From: Rhizophagus irregularis
Taxonomy: Eukaryota
Assembly (NCBI RefSeq): GCF_026210795.1
Contig: NC_089436.1
Span: 930,001-994,000, forward strand
DNA length: 64,000 bases
Direction of reading: 5' to 3'
A model generated the notes under the pieces. It ran no database searches. It had not been told where the DNA came from and saw nothing but the letters and a program-made list of their open reading frames with translations. Positions within the stretch are counted from its first letter, which is position 1, and the number at the start of each line of letters is the position of its first letter. Below are positions 62,204 through 64,000 of this stretch, piece after piece. Made by a program: the position numbers and the translations under genes.

Positions 62204-64000
62204 ATTTCTTTAGTGATTTCTTCATGTGATCCCTTAGTCCAACGCGTCCAATTTAACTATAAAATAAAATAAAAATTCCTTAGCCCAATATAATGGCTAA
62301 TTACTTTGACGAAACCGAAGTTGAGCCTGGGATATTTTTCAATACCATAAAATTGGATTAGCACTTACAAAGAGGAACCCGAAAAGCTTACTTATAACAA
62401 GTCCTCTGACAAACTCTTCAAAACTCTCCGTGATATTGTTGATAAAAGTTCAGATGACACGATGACAAGATAATTAGAAAAGCTCACGCTCTTTTGTCAA
62501 CTAGCAAAGGTAAGAATAATTATATTATATTTTGCGGGTGCGGGCGCTGCTTCAGGATAAGAGTCTCCATATGAACTTTTTCATCACAACAAGGAGGTGC
62601 AGCTGTTCGGTGTTCCTCTGATGGACTGTTCGTCCGTTGTGTCGCAGCTACGAGCGAATGGAGATTCTAAATAGCCATTTGATTATCTACGACTAGGAAG
62701 TGCAGCTGTTCGGTGCTCCTTCGATGAACTGTTCGTTTGTCGTAGCCTGCTGCAGCCCAGAGCTTTAGCTTTAGTGAGATACAGAAAGATCAGGAAGACT
62801 TTCCGAACTAATGGCCTTCTTTTTTTGTGATTTTAGAACCAACGTAAAAGTGGTAACGATATAGACAAACTGTCTGTGGCTCATTGTCGAAAACGAGACG
62901 CGTATTCTTTGGATAGAACAGAAAAGACGGATTTGGAACTTCATAAGGTAAAACTTCAATATTAACTGTATAGATACGGAACTGACTACAATTGTATTTG
63001 TAATAGTATAGATTAATGGTGTTATTCAAGCTGTAACGCACGTCCAGTGCTACGCTGATGCTCTGAGTGATGGTGTAATTGCAAACCTGGAACTTGCATC
63101 CGAACCCATAACATCAGCGAGAAGAGTAAGATGTTATTTATGTTTTTTTTACACCTTTTGTTCTGCATCTATAAATTGTACATTACTAACGAATGAATGT
63201 GAATTTCAAGAATGAAAGAAAACGACCAGCCGAGGAATCTTTTACAACCATCACTCCTCCTCCCAACCTTCACAGTCACACTCCTCCTCCCCTCCAAGTT
63301 ATAACTACATGTATAATTCTTATAATGAAGAATAGACCGAAGTTGAGGATACATCAATTGAGGCCTCTCCAGTAATTTTTTTTTCGTTTTATTTGTCGTA
63401 TGATTTGCATAAGCTCGTTTCTAATTTGTATTGCTCTTTAAAGTCAAACGATCGTTATGAATCTGATGTAAGGATTACACGTGAGGTCGACAATAGTCCT
63501 TTTATAGCACAGACAGGGGAAGATTCAACGAAATACAAGGTTAGTGTTAATCGATGATAACATAATCTTTCAAAAACATTGCCACAATTTTGGCATTGAC
63601 TAATTTGGTTCATATTACTCAAGTTTGTCTTGTCATGGAGTCACGCGATTGATAAAGTTGTCATAAATAATGTATCTGAAAATGACGTAAGCATTGAGAA
63701 ATATTGTTTTGTGGTATTTTTATCCTGATATATTCTGATCCTGTCCTCTTTTTGTATAGTGGGTAACACAAAATGGACACAACATCTCTACCGATTTTCG
63801 TAATTTTCAGTTAAAGTCGATTGAAAAATTGAAAACTAATCCGACTTTATCATATGCAAAAGAAATTAGTTTGATATTGTAAGTATTTTTCTATGCAAGA
63901 CTACGGAATTTTGATTAAACTTTATATATACTATTTACAGGTGCCTATCGTCGATTATGTACTGTGAATTTAAACCAGAATACCTTGAATGTTCTGAAAA

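Noticed and set aside
1..64000. tRNA or rRNA genes
   Set aside because: None recognised by eye; tRNAscan-SE or Infernal would be needed to exclude them.

Overview
Very AT-rich eukaryotic DNA with short GT-AG introns. Gene families (TKL-type kinases, Crinkler-like nuclease folds, F-box/LRR remnant, Crypton relics) point to an arbuscular mycorrhizal fungus such as Rhizophagus; this is an inference. Apparently intact host genes: a partial REase+HhH gene, two tandem tail-anchored PD-(D/E)XK-like genes, two pseudokinases in a ~3.2-kb inverted duplication around a 7-TM receptor-like gene, and a GST. The rest is nested mobile DNA: a frameshifted hAT, an intact Tc1, two decayed Crypton tyrosine recombinases, a MULE relic, and many MITEs or non-autonomous elements (hAT, CACTG/CMC, Tc1-pogo, Harbinger, Helitron) with TIRs and TSDs read directly. 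The best candidate for an undescribed system is three ~2.1-2.4-kb poly(A)-tailed units flanked by 16-18-bp TSDs. Each carries one intronless ORF with no visible reverse transcriptase or endonuclease, and they have similar 5' ends. Two of them are diverged homologues lying tail-to-tail, visible only after removing nested insertions. Also notable are four arrays of tandemly repeated micro-exon/intron units, two of them inside non-autonomous DNA transposons. All alignments and translations were done by eye; no database search was run.
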